The position numbers were made by a program, and so were the translations under genes. DNA of 64,000 nt from Chiloscyllium plagiosum (Eukaryota), in the NCBI RefSeq assembly GCF_004010195.1, contig NC_057719.1, positions 56,244,123 through 56,308,122 on the forward strand, given 5' to 3'. The notes beneath the pieces are model-generated. The model was not told where the DNA came from, searched no databases, and was given only the letters and a program-made list of their open reading frames with translations. This document shows positions 1 to 12,679 of the stretch, piece by piece (the stretch's first letter is position 1; each line of letters starts with the position of its first letter).

Positions 1-429
1 CCTCCTGGACTTTCAAATTGGCACAGATTAATTATGGAATGTATTCCCCTTGACTTCCTTACAAATATGGTGCACCGAAAGACCGAATTATTTTATAAAA
101 TATGGCTATCCTAACAAGGGCTTTTATTTAATTGAGATTCAAAACCTCGCTGGTCCGGGGCCCCTTAGGAGAGGAATCCTGCACGAATACGGGTTTTATT
201 ACATCTGATGTTAACACATCCCGAGCATGTAAGAGACTTAAATATACACTCTGGTTAGTTGTAGTTTTATTTTTCTTTCTTTTTCGGTATTTTTTTCTTT
301 TGTTAAATTTTGGCTATTGTGTATTTGATTTAATTGTATATCAATGTTTGTATTTGAGAGTTTTGTTTATTTTTGTAAACTTGTAAAAATGTTAAATTTC
401 TAATAAAAATATCTATATTTAAAAAAAAA
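1..429 (+). mobile_element. 3' end of an L1/Tx1-clade LINE (ORF2 C-terminus, 3' UTR, poly(A))
   Basis: Frame 1 reads PPGLSNWHRLIMECIPLDFLTNMVHRKTELFYKIW, like fish L1 ORF2 C-termini. T-rich 3' UTR, AATAAA at 401-406 and an A-run at 421-429 follow. Confidence 0.65.
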
Positions 430-1020
430 GACAATGTTCTTGTACACACTTAAATTCCCCTCTATCTAAACCCTTATCTAGATCTTGTCTGTTTGGTGGG
501 CTACTTCATTATCTGAAGAATTGTCAGTTGAACTAAACACTCTGACTTGTTTATGGGATGTTGGTATTCAATAATCCTTCCCTCATGCTGTTTTAAATGT
601 TTGTTAAAATCAATGTCATTTTTAACATTGCTGATGCACTTTAAATGTTATGTAGTCTGCAATACGTTGTGTAATCCTCTCAATACAATATGCAGGCACA
701 TAAAATTATGGAATTCAAATACCTGAATACTTGAAACTATCTCCATTTCTGTAATATCCTAGGGTCTTTTTTTTTCAGAAAATGCAATTTAACTTCATTT
801 AGGGTGAAGTAGTGTCCCTGAATCAAATACAATTTTATGTTCAAACTCAATACCAGTATCTCCATGGGAAAGTTTTTCACTTAATAAATTTGTACCCACC
901 AAGTTATTGCATTATTCCTCCATCTTAAAAACATTTAGTAGCTGAAGTAGATCCATAGGTTGGTGTATTACCTCCCCTACTCAGATGTTGAAGTTACAGC
1001 TATTTTTGAATTATTTGGTA

Positions 1021-2640
1021 GAGTCATAGAGCCATACAGCACAGTGACAGACCCATTAGTCCAATCAGTCCGTGCTGAACATAATCCCAAACTAAACTAG
1101 TCCCACCTGCCTGCTCCTGGCCATATGTCTCCAAACTTTCCTATTCATTTATCTATCCAAATGTCTTTTAAACACTATAATTATACCAACATGCACCACT
1201 TTCTCAAGTTAATTTTGTATGCGAACCACCCTCTATAAAAACAGATTTGCCTCTTATGTCGTTTTTAAATCTCTCTCCTCTAACATTAAAAAAAAGTGTC
1301 TCCTAGTCTTGAAATCCCCCACCCAGGAAAAAAACAACTACCATTAACACTCTCTATACTTCTCAATATTTTCTAAACTTCTATCAGATCACCTCACAAC
1401 CTCCTGTGCTCCAGTGAAACAAGTCCCAGTCTATTCAGCCTTTCTTTATAACTTAAACCTTCTGGTAAATCTCTTCTGAACCCTCTCCATCTTGATAATA
1501 TCTTTCCTATAACTGGGTGACCAAAACTGGACATAGTATTCCAGAAAAGGCCTCACCAATATCATGTACAACCTCAACATGACTTACCAACTCCTAAATT
1601 CAAAGGACTGAGTAATGTTAAATAACTTTTTAACCACCCTATCTATATGTATTGGAAACTTCAAAGAATTATGCACCTACACTCCTGGGTTCCTGGTCTA
1701 CAGCATGACAGCACAGTAGCTCAGTGGTTAGCACTGTTGCCTCCCTGCACCAGGGACACTGGTTCGATTCCAGCCTCAGGCAACTGTCTGTGTGGAGTTT
1801 GCACATTTCCCCTATGTCAGCTGCAGTTTCCTCCCACAATCCAAAGATGTGTAGGTTGGGTGAATTGGCCATGCTATATTATCCATAGTGTTCAAGGATA
1901 TGTAGGTTAGGTGCATTAGTCAGGAGTAAATGTAGAGTAATAGATTAGGGGAATGGGTCTGGGTGGGTTACATTTTGGAGGGTCATTGTGGACTTGTTGG
2001 GCCAAATGGCTTGTTTCCACACTTTAGGGATTCTAATTTCTAAGTTCTTTACTACCTGGGGTCCTACCATTATTGTTGTAAGCCTCACCCTTGTTTATTA
2101 TACCAAAATGCAACACCTCATGTTTATCCAGGTTGAACTCCATCTGTCATTTTTCAGCCCATTAACACATTTGATTAAGATCACCTTGTACTATTCTCTA
2201 CAATGGCACCAATTTTGGTGTCATCCATAAACTTAGTAACCATGCTTTCTAAATTCTCATCCAAATTATTTACATAAATGACAAACAAAAGAGGACCCAG
2301 AACCAATCCCTGCAGAACACAGCTAGTCATCAGCCTCCAGTCGAAGAGCAACACTCCCACAATTACTCTATCTCCTGCCATTAAGCCAATTATGTATCCA
2401 ATTGGCAAGCTCACCCTGAATCCCATGTGATCTAACTTTACTAATTAGCTTACCATGTGAAACCTTGTCAAGTTTTTTACCAAAATCCAAATAAACAATA
2501 TCTACTCCTCTGCCATCATCAATCTTTTTAGTAATTTTTCAAAAACCTAAATGACATTTGTGAAACATTATTTTCTTCACACAAAACCATGCTGACTCTC
2601 CTTAATCAATTTTGGCCTCTTTAAATGCCCATAAATCCTA
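1021..2640 (-). mobile_element. Decayed CR1-type LINE (RT and 3' end), interrupted by a SINE
   Basis: Minus-strand RT motifs QGLVLGPLLFVIYVNNLD and KFMDDTKIG (ORF 2181..2426); CR1-like tail near 1021-1050. Confidence 0.8.
1706..2030 (+). mobile_element. tRNA-derived SINE (HE1-like) nested in the CR1
   Basis: Box A-like TAGCTCAGTGG, box B-like GGTTCGATTCC, body GTCTGTGTGGAGTTTGCAC and a LINE-like tail. Related copies at 14357, 43160 and 47630. Confidence 0.8.
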
Positions 2641-3027
2641 TTGCTTTATTAAATGGAATCTTTCAACTGATGAGCTGCAACATTGCTCACATACCCTCTC
2701 TCAAGCACTTTAGAAAGCATTTAGATTGGGTATCTCAATAACTTAGAGGATTCCTGGCTATTTTTACTCAGTTTCCTAACCTTAAGTATCTGAACAAATT
2801 GATCACCCATAAGGACTAAAATTGACAAGAGCTGCACCAGCATTGGCTTCTAATTAAGCAATCTGTTGTGTGTGGAGATGCAATACTCAATTTGAGGGAA
2901 AACTTAAACTAATATGAACATTTTAATGTGTAAAGTTTCCTAGTAATATTTCAGTGTAAAATATTGCAAAATGAGTCTTTTTCAGAAATAATCTTTCTAG
3001 CACTGTACCACTCTGTTAGTTTCATTA

Positions 3028-3870
3028 TGTTATGGACTAAGTCAGACCCCCTCAAAACATTTCAAGAAAGTAGCCCAGACTCTAACTTTACTAGTTGTTT
3101 TAAACAGGTGTAAAGTGGATATTCCAGGAGGGATGCAGTTGGTCAAACCACTTCATTTTAAACAAAACAGAATTTATTTACAAGATTACCAAATGAAACA
3201 CAAGCAAAAGAGAACAGAATACAGAATAACTTAACCTAACAGATCATCCCAATTTAATAATGCTGTTTGTAATACTTGCAACAATCCCCATCAACAGCCC
3301 TTGGCACAAAAGTTAAAAATCAAACAAAGGGTCTGACAGGAGAGAAGTCTGAGAGAGAGAGAGAGAGAGGAGGGTCAGCATGGACCTGCTTCTTTGAGTC
3401 AACAGCTTTTTTTTCAACTGCCTGATTGCTTTCAGTGAACAGCCAGACCAAACCAAACCAGAGAAAAGCTGAGCTGTGAGAACTGATCATTCCCCTTTCA
3501 TTGTACAAGTGCTCTTTCTAAAAACTTGAATTGGAAGAGCTGGTGTTGGACTGGAGTGGATGAAGTTAAAAAAATCACACAACACCAGGTTATTGTCCAA
3601 CAGGTTTATTTGGAAGCACTAGCTTTCGAACCACCTGATGAAGAAACAGCGCTTTGAAAGCTAGTACTTCCAAATAAACCTGATGTTGCATGATTTTTAA
3701 CTTTAAAAATTTTGAAAACCTTTTGCCTGAGGAAATATCTATTAGCTACAATCAAATTGGTCCTAAAACCCAGACATTTTGGAACCTGTCTTTTTATAAC
3801 CTCTTGGGGGGGGGGGGGGAAAAAAAACCAAGGACAGCATAACCCTGTTAAAGGAGCAGCATCATCAAAA
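3028..3870. mobile_element. Probable solo LTR, with a Penelope-type fold-back insert at about 3533-3705
   Basis: Begins TGTTATGG and ends ...CATCATCA; resembles 30871-31546 and the reverse complement of 39581-40159. Contains (GA)n at about 3351-3368. Confidence 0.5.
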
Positions 3871-4206
3871 TGATGCTCGTTTTTTTTCATGTGTTCATCA
3901 CAAAGCTTGTTTATATCCTAACTAAATGTTCTTAGATACTAGTTTTGATTTTCAATCCATGGTATTCCAACTGCTCAGATGAGGATAGCCTACATTGTGA
4001 TTTCTTAATTGGATAACTAAGCTTAATCAGTTTCCAGTTTTAGCAACACATTAATAAGTACTGGAAGTATTTGTTTTGTTAAATCTCTTGAAAAATGTCC
4101 ATACAGATTGCATAAGTGCTTCCTGTGTCAGACTTAACTGTGCTTCAGTCACTTGTTTCTGTGTAACGTTTGCAAGAATATTCATAATTTGTTTTTAATT
4201 TTTCAG

Positions 4207-4275
4207 CCTACTGTATTTAACACACTGGAGTATCTAATTAACTGGTTTGGAGATAAAAAATTATATCCAGAACTA
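4207..4275 (+). CDS. GEMIN2: Gem-associated protein 2, internal coding exon (PTVFNTLEYLINWFGDKKLYPEL)
   Basis: tttcag acceptor, gtaagt donor, 69 nt. Matches the remembered vertebrate GEMIN2 segment LEYLSNWFGERDFTPEL. Confidence 0.93.
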
Positions 4276-5901
4276 GTAAGTAATTTCTTCCCTCTGGTCT
4301 ACGTTTTGTTTTAAATCTGTTGGAACTATCTTCTTTTGGCAGACTGCCTGTTGCTGTAGCTGACCATAAATCCTGAATGTGCATAATTTATTTGAGGCAT
4401 CAAAAAACTTTTTTCCATCCTCTCTCAGTTGGTTTACCAATACAATACAGCAGTAGCAACTAGCAATACCAACCTTGTATTAACTTAGATATGTCTAATC
4501 AAAAAAATCAAACGCATATTATAATTTTATTGAACTTCTCTATTGTTAAGAATAAATCCTTTGGTACACCCAATCTAGCTTAATTTACAATTGAATTTCA
4601 ACTTTTATTAATGCCTTTGACTGTACTGGTTTACCATTTGCAACTTTTACAGAAAAACACTATTTTTAGTTACCATTGCAATTGTTTAATTGTTTTCTAA
4701 CCAAGTTTACCTTTAACCAATAACCTTAGCAACACTTGCCTTATCACTCAAGGTAACCAGGATTGAGTGATGAGTTACAAAGAAAATCTGAAACAGTAAC
4801 TAACCTTCTTTTGAGTAGGATTTTTATGGAGGCATTCAAAATGATAAAAGGAATAAACAAGGTATTTTCATGATTGATAAGTTGAGATCAGGTGGCCAAG
4901 AACATAAATTTATAGGTGGAATAAGGTATATAAATAAGTTTTGCCAATAGTGATTGCTAAATTTATTACAGCAATCAAAAGGAATTGAATCATTGATGAA
5001 AAGAAAATTGCTATGGGGTGTTTGGGTGGGTTCTTGTGGCTCAGTGATAGTGTCCCAGGTTCAAGTCCTACCTGCTTCAGAAGTGTCATAATATCTCTGG
5101 ACAGTTTGATTTTGAAAAAGGGGAAGAAGTGAAAAAGAAATAGTTATGGGGGAGAAAGCTGCAACCTTGGGGTAAATTTTCACTGGCCAATTGTTGTCAG
5201 ATAGGAGTTGCACTTAGGGACTCGGCCACACTTCCCTTATGCACCTATACTTAACACAAGCTGTTAAAAGTGAACGTCAGGACATCTAAATGTCAGACTA
5301 TGGCAGCTGACTGCTGTGGAAAGAGAGTGGGGTTTGCCTACTCTACAAAAGAACTGTCAGAATGGAAGTAAGGCTGCAAATTTGAGGGAGATCTGAGCAA
5401 AATCTCCTCAGAAATGCAGAGCTCCCTCCTTTTGTTTAAAAAAAAATGATTGGCCAGAATGGCAATCTACATGAGACTGTTACTCCTCAAAAAATCTGAC
5501 CTAATAATTTTGTGGAAAAAGCAAACTCTTAGGCACATTCTCCCAGTGCACCTAGATTTCAAATTCTAGTTTTCTTTCTCAAAAATGTCTTTAGCTCTAG
5601 GAAACATCTTAATGGACAATACTGCTGTTGCCATTTGTTGATTATTAACTTGAATCGCAAAGAGTGTGGTTAGATCCTTGTCTAATGACTACCTGATTAG
5701 GTTCTGGAGCTTTAGAACTTTTACTCTTTTTCAACAGTTTATTCTTTTTGTGTTTCTCCAAACCAACTCCTATGCAAAATTGGCCCTCTAAATTGTAAAA
5801 CATGTTCTAAGGACAATCTACCAATTCATTGTGAAGAGCATGATCCCTATAGACCATGTATAGTTTGCTGTGTCAGTGCTGTGTTTGAATTTTTTTCACA
5901 G

Positions 5902-6012
5902 GGCAGATGGTTGTATGCACTGTTAGCCTGTATAGAAAAACCACTATTACCTGAGGCCCATTCACTTATTCGACAGCTGGCTAGAAGATGCTCTGCAGTT
6001 CGTGCTAAACTA
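5902..6012 (+). CDS. GEMIN2: GEMIN2 coding exon ([37 protein letters not shown])
   Basis: ttttcacag acceptor, gtaagt donor, 111 nt. Hallmark GEMIN2 motif [28 protein letters not shown]. Confidence 0.97.
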
Positions 6013-7339
6013 GTAAGTATTTGTTGATGTTTTTTATAGGAAACATAGTAAATGCATGGAATTTTAAAATGGCTTTGTTCAATGTTGGAACTTCATTCTC
6101 CTTACACTTTTCATAACTGAAATATATATATTCAATTTAATTGTGGCTCAGTGTTCTGTTTGTGTCCATGTAAATATTGTTTCTCCAATCTGCAAAGCTA
6201 AAAATGCATTTACTGCAGTTAATTACTGAGTGTTTTATTGAAGGTAAGTGTCGACATCTATTACTCCAGAGCACAGTAAATAACAGCTTTATTGCATTAG
6301 TCAATGTTGTCTGTTGCAGTACAGACTGGGGTGGGAGAAAAGATATCACCATCAGGAATAACAATTTCTGCTGCACAAGGGGGTGCTGTTTCAGCAATAC
6401 ATAACAGAACTGGGATATACCTATCTCTGAGGTTGTGTCAATGAACGATGATAATTTCTCCCTTCTCTGAAGTTAATTTTTTCTCAGAATATTTTCAATT
6501 GTCGTCTTCCCAAATGGCTATTCTTTCTAAGTCCAGACAATGGTGTTAGTGGATTTATCGAGCATTACAGCTCTTAATAAGATCACGCAGCACTGCATTT
6601 GAGGGAATGAATCTGGGGCTCTCTATGTTTGTAAATCAGTGGTTGCTGCCTGAACTATTCAAGAAAGTAAGAATTACATTTGATTAATTTCTCAATTATT
6701 TTCAGTATATGCTTTTGAAAGATAAAGGCTGCTGCAGTGCTCTTTCCTCTTCTAAGGCATTTCCTGAGAACAATTAATGAGCACTGTAGAGTGTGTTTTT
6801 AAAAAAAGAAAGTTGCTGATTTCATGTCTATCCATCAGCAAACAGATCTTTAAAGTGTAGGAACAGAAATAGGACATTAAATCTCTGAGCATGTTCCACT
6901 ATTAAGTTAGATTGTAGCTTTTCTGTTAAATTAATTCCACTTTCCAGTCTTTGTTAACCCACCTTAATATAAAGCTGGAAAAACATGGGAGTGATTCCAA
7001 AATTGCTGGTGCAGAGAGATGATAAACAGTTTGGTTCATTTTATATATTGCAAATTCACAGGTATTGATTCTGCAGAAACTTTATGGGCTGGAGTTTATG
7101 TGCCTCCACTTGGTCTATCTTCCTAACTCCATAACTAGGGACATAATGAGGTTTTTAAATTGGATAGTGGGGGCAAGGGATCAAATTCAGAAAGATGTGA
7201 TAAATGAATGAGTAAAGTCAAGGCAAAACAGAAAGGTATTAATATGGTAAATGATAAACAGATCATGACAGGAAAGGATAGAATATAAATTTGTCAACCA
7301 ACAGCTAAGATTAGAATTTGCAAAGAGGGTTAAAAAGTG

Positions 7340-8560
7340 GAAACTGAAGGCTGTTAGCAGATACAAAATGGATGAACAGAAAATGCAGATAGGAATGACT
7401 AAGTGTGATCTGGTAGCCATTACAAAGACATGGGATGTCATTATTTTGAACCTGAATCTTGAAGGGTGTAGGGCACTTTCAAATGACAGTAGTAAAAAAT
7501 GGAGGGGTGGCTTTGTTGATTAATAATTGATTTTGCACAATATGGAGAGATGACTTCAGTTCCAGAAATCAAGATGTGGAATCTGTTTGGGTAGAAATGA
7601 GAAATTATGGTAAGGGGTCACTTGTGGGAGTGGTGTAAAGGTCCCCTAACAGTAACCACAAGGGTGATGCATAAAAGGGAGAAATAATGAGTTTGTCAGA
7701 AAGGCAGTGGGAAATTTTAATGGGAAATTCAATCTGAATATTGACTGGAAAAGCTAGATGGACAAGGTAACAGATGAGGAGTTCATAATTTTTTGAGTAA
7801 TTTCATAGAACAAACATTCCTCAGCCAACCAGAGAGCAGGCCTGGTTTTGTACAACAGTAATTAATCTCCTATTGAAGGTACCCCTAGGTAACAGCAAGC
7901 ATAATATGACTGAAATTTACTGGCAGTTTGAGTTAGAGAGGAGTAAGTCGGAGAATTTTTAAAAAATTTAGATAAGGACATTTAGGAGGCCATGAAAGCA
8001 GCGTTAACTAAAGTGAGTTACAAATTAACTTAAAGGATAGGTCAGTAGAGGTGCAGTGGCAGACAGTTAAGTGGACATTTCAAAATATACAGAATAGACT
8101 CAATGAAGCAAGCAAGTAAAATTCCAAAAATTCCCTGTCTGTGGTTAACTAGAAATACAGAAATAATAGTATCAGACTTAAAGAAAAAGCATTTAATTGT
8201 GCAAAGATAATTGGCAGGTCAGAAGATAAATCTGAGTCTAAAAAACAGCAAAGAATCAAAACGTTTAAGAAGAAATTATTATATTAGGACAGAAAACTAA
8301 CCAGAAACTTAAAAAAAAACAAATAGTAAGTTTCCAGAAATATTGAAAGAGGAGTGAACAAAGTGAGCTTTGGTCCAAAAGAGAACTAGGTTTGAGAATT
8401 AATAGCTGAAAATAAGGAAATGACATGAATTTTGCATCAGTCTTCACTATAGAGTATAGAAGTCACATGCCAAAAGGATTGATAAATTAGAAAATTGGAG
8501 GAGACAAATTTAAGCAAATCACAATCACCAATGAAGTTGTCACAATCACCTGGTATAAAT
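7340..8560 (+). mobile_element. Old CR1-type LINE ORF2 fragment (endonuclease region onward)
   Basis: APE-like motif DLVAITKTW near 7407; frame heavily disrupted. Probably continues at about 9990-10510. Confidence 0.6.
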
Positions 8561-8584
8561 TGTTGAAACTGCAGACTTAACGAG

Positions 8585-9600
8585 TGCCTGGATTCTGGAC
8601 ATTATAGAGTCATAGCGCTGTACAGCATGGAAACAGACCCTGAGGTCCAACTTGTCCATGCAAACCAGACATCCTAAATTAATCTAGTCCTAATTTGCCA
8701 GCAATTGGCCCATATCCATCTAAACCCTTATTCATACATTCATGCACACATTTCTAAATGTCATTGTACCAGGCAGCTCATTCCATATACACACCACGCT
8801 CTGCCTGAAAAAGTGGCCCCTTAGATCTCTTTTGAATATTTCCCTATCCCCTTAAACCTGTGCCCCTCTAGCTTTGGACTCCACTGCCCTGCGAAAAAGA
8901 CCATGGCTATTTGCCCTATCTATATCTCATGATTTTATAAATTTATAAACCCCCTCAGCCTCTTACGCTCTCAGGGAAAATAGCCCTAGCCTATTCAGTC
9001 TCTTCCCCATAACACACACTCTCCAACCCTGGTAACACCCTTGTAAATCTTTTCTAAACCCTTTCAAGTTTCACAACATCCTTCCTATATAGCAGGGACA
9101 CCAGAATTGTATTCCAAAAATGGCCTAACCAATGTCCTCTGCTGCAACATGACCTCCCAACTCCTATATTCAATGTAATAATCAACAAAGGCAAGCATAC
9201 TAAATGCCTTCTTCACTATCCTGTCAACCCGTGACATCACTTTCAAGGAACTATGAACCTGCACTCCAAGGTCTCTGTTCATCTACACTTGCCAGGATCT
9301 TTAACATTAACTATATAAGTTCTGCCCTAATTTGCCTTTCCAAAATGCAGCACCTCACATTTACCTAAATTAAACTCCATCTGCCACTTCTTGACCCACC
9401 AGCCTGATCAAGGATCCATTGTACTCTGAGATAACTTTCTTGGTTGTCCACTACACCACCAATTTTGCTGTCCTCTGCAGACTTACTAACCATCCTTCCT
9501 ATGTTCACATCCAAATCATTTATATAAATGATAAAAAGCAGTAGACTCAGCACCAACTCTTATGGCACCCCGCTGGTCACAGCCCTCCAGTCTGAATAAA
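8585..9600 (-). mobile_element. CR1-type LINE RT/3' end
   Basis: ORFs 9085..9282 (RDLGVQVHSSLK) and 9365..9556 (LLFIIYINDLD); CR1 tail near 8590. Confidence 0.85.
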
Positions 9601-9989
9601 AACAACAGGCAATGTCAAAGTTTCCAATAAATCATTCTGCATCTGCCAAAACCAGTCAGAACTGGTTTTCTTTTTCCCTGTTTTTTAAAAATCAATATTC
9701 TGCCATTGGCTGGTTAGCATCAATCTCCCATGATTGACCAACTCAACATCCAACCAGTTGCCAGTCCTGGGCATAGCAATACTCAGTCCCACATCATCCA
9801 GTGTTCTTTACATCAGTATTTAAGTGACATAATCTTCTAGCCCCATTACCAATAGCAAACAACAGCATTTGTTTTCTTCTCTTTTCAAAGTTGTTCAAAG
9901 TTCAACTAACCCTTACCTCAACTCTCAGTTCCACCAAAAAAATGAAAGAAATATAGTGAAGGTCACCACACAGCAAGGGCGATATATGA

Positions 9990-10510
9990 AACCACATCTG
10001 GAGTACTGTGTGCAGTGTTGATCACCTTACTTAAGGAAGGGTGTAAATGCACTGGAGACAGTTCAGAGATGTGTTTTTAAACTAGTAGCTGGAATGGGTG
10101 GATTGCTTTATCAGGAAAGGTTAGACAGGCTACACTTGTATTCGCTGGAGTTTAGAGCACACAGTGACTTAAAGTCTTGAGGGGTCTTCACAGAGAAGGT
10201 ATGGAGAGGATGTTTCCAGCTTGTAGGTGAATCTAGAACTAGGAGTCACTGTTTAAAAATGTGTTTCCTGTTAAATGAGGTGAATTATTTTTAAGGCTAA
10301 AAATTCTGTAGAACTCCTTCTGCTTCCATCACCTTTTTGGGGAGACTTTGAAAATGTTTAAGGTAGAGTAAATGGATTCTTGTTGAGCAGGGTATGAATG
10401 GTTATTGGGTGGTCAGGAATGTGGATTTGAGCTTACAATCAGATTAGTGGTCTCATTGAATAGCAGAACAGACTCGAGAGCTGAATGGCCTAATCCTGTC
10501 CCTGGTTCAT
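9990..10510 (+). mobile_element. CR1-type LINE 3' end
   Basis: PHLEYCVQ-type coding remnant and the tail GAGCTGAATGGCCTAATCCTGTCCC. Confidence 0.7.
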
Positions 10511-11329
10511 ATGGGGCACATAAAATAGATTGTTGGATAGCCCACTGCCATTGTGCCCATCCCAAACTCTCAGCTAATGTACAGATGGTAACTGGATGTT
10601 GAAATCAGCAGCTGTCCTGCCATATGTACATAACTAAGGGTCTATTGAGCTGGTTAAAAACTCAATTGACTCAAATTACTCTGCCCACTCCGTAAAACAA
10701 GCAGCCAGTTAAGAGACAGGGTAGCCTGCTTTTATTGAAAGTTTTAAAACCGCCACTTGTTAAGGGGTGCGATCATTAAGTAGTACCTTTGTCTGCTGGG
10801 ACACTTCCTCAAGCAGGTAGCAGCCCCTCCTGCTCTCATCCTAAGATGAACATGCTTCAGCATTTCAGCTCGCTTGTAACTCATTATGGCTGCAAGGTGA
10901 AACCCATCATCGGTTTCAAAATCAAATTGTTTTAGTTCAATTAGTAGCCATACCATCTCTTATTTTCTAGGACAGAAATATTGGGTATTTATTTAATTAT
11001 TTGCAGCTTGTTAAATGTGAGAAAAATGCTACTTTCTTTGGCTAAAAGTTGTTGTGGGTATAGAGTGGCTCAAAGCTGCTTGTTGACCACCAAAATGACA
11101 ATGTATAACCCTGGTATTAAACAGGTGCACTGCTGTGGAATAAGAATGGCAGGGAGGAGCTGAACACTTCACCCTGCCTCTTAGTGACTGTACAGCCAAA
11201 GGTAACTGTGCTACCACCATAGAAAGTTCAAATGATCAAGCCGCATATCTGTTGAATTTTGTATGCTTTTATATTCCAGTATATTTTTTCAAAGTCCATT
11301 TCAATCATTTTTATTAATTCTTCTTCTAG

Positions 11330-11388
11330 GAAAATCCAGAAGATGCAGAATTGTCAGCAGTGAATTTACTTATTTGTTTAGTTGCCAG
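11330..11388 (+). CDS. GEMIN2: GEMIN2 penultimate coding exon (ENPEDAELSAVNLLICLVA-R)
   Basis: ttcttctag acceptor, AG/gtattt donor, 59 nt, NLLICLV motif. Confidence 0.93.
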
Positions 11389-12209
11389 GTATTTAATAAT
11401 TTGTTGTTGACTCCATATCTGCATATTTAAGAGTTTGTCAAATTTGAGAGTCTTATCTTTAGAGTTAACCAAGGAAGAATGGAAAAAAGAAATTGGGAAC
11501 TATAGACCAAGTGGCATAACATCTGTAATAGGGAATATACTAGAATTTGTTGGTGAGAACATGGTATTAGAGTAATGGAAAATCAAAATATGTAAGTGTT
11601 TAATATGGTTTTGTAAAAAGAAAACATTTGTGACAAATCCATTAGAATTTTTGAGGCTGTAACAAGATGGAGTATTAAGGTCCAGAAGACATTGGATAGT
11701 GCTATATAATAACCTCATCTCTTATATACCAAGGTTGGGATAATATTTCAGCATGACTAGGTATAACTAGTGGAATTCCATGAAGATCAATGTTTGGACC
11801 TTGGCTAATTGTAATCAATACCAGATGTCATAAATTTGAGTACACAAAGATAAAAGCTGTAAGAACGTGAAGGAATGTAGACTGATTAGTGACTAGACAA
11901 ACAGATAGCAGATAATGTGGGGAAGTGTGAAATTATTGTGCTTATGAATGAGTATAAAAGACAAACATATGGAGAAAGGTTTGAGTCAGTACAGGTTTGC
12001 CAAACAAAGCTGCAGTGAAACAAAAAAGAACTTTGGAATATAATGCTGAAATTTAAAATGAGTTTAAGATCTTTGAATAAATTTATATAGAACAACCATC
12101 TTAATTCTTTTCAGAATTGAAATTTATTGAAAAACAGGAATTTTCTCTGTAGAAAGTAGCTGTGTAAATATTACATTATAAAAATTAAGTTAATTTGTTT
12201 GTTTTTCAG

Positions 12210-12246
12210 GTATTTTGAACAGAGTGATCTTGCAGATAATGATTAA
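12210..12246 (+). CDS. GEMIN2: GEMIN2 last coding exon (YFEQSDLADND-stop)
   Basis: gtttttcag acceptor, phase-compatible with the previous exon, YF.Q.DLAD motif, TAA at 12244-12246. Confidence 0.93.
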
Positions 12247-12418
12247 CATGATTGCAGTCTGGAATAAGAATTCTATAATTTTCAACTTTACATTTTTTTA
12301 ATGTGGATTCTATTTTGATGGACAAACAATGTCTGAAATTTGAGGATATTAAACATTGTTTTTAAAACTGAAGATAAAATGCAAAGATAAAAAAACATTG
12401 TCAAATAACTTTGTTTTG

Positions 12419-12424
12419 AATAAA
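12419..12424 (+). terminator. Candidate GEMIN2 polyadenylation signal AATAAA
   Basis: AATAAA about 170 nt after the stop, followed by T/GT-rich sequence. Confidence 0.5.
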
Positions 12425-12679
12425 TAATCTGACTAGTTTTGAAATGGTTTGTTATTGACTGACTGACTTATCAAACTAGTTTTTGCAAAAAAAAAACCTG
12501 TGCACCAAGTTATTTACTGAAGGAATGAAGCCACAAAATTCCTCAGTTTAAACAAGACTTTTTAACCATATAAAAGTAAACAACGCTAACTATCTTAGCT
12601 CACTACTTATGCAGATTCTCTTTCAGAGCCAGTTAGATTAATCCTGGTAACTGGTCAGAATATCATTGATTGATGGAAT

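Noticed and set aside
959..992. VGVLPPLLRC resembling the upstream GEMIN2 exon motif GFPPLL
   Set aside because: In-frame stop follows, no polypyrimidine tract and no suitable donor; the real exon is probably upstream of the window.
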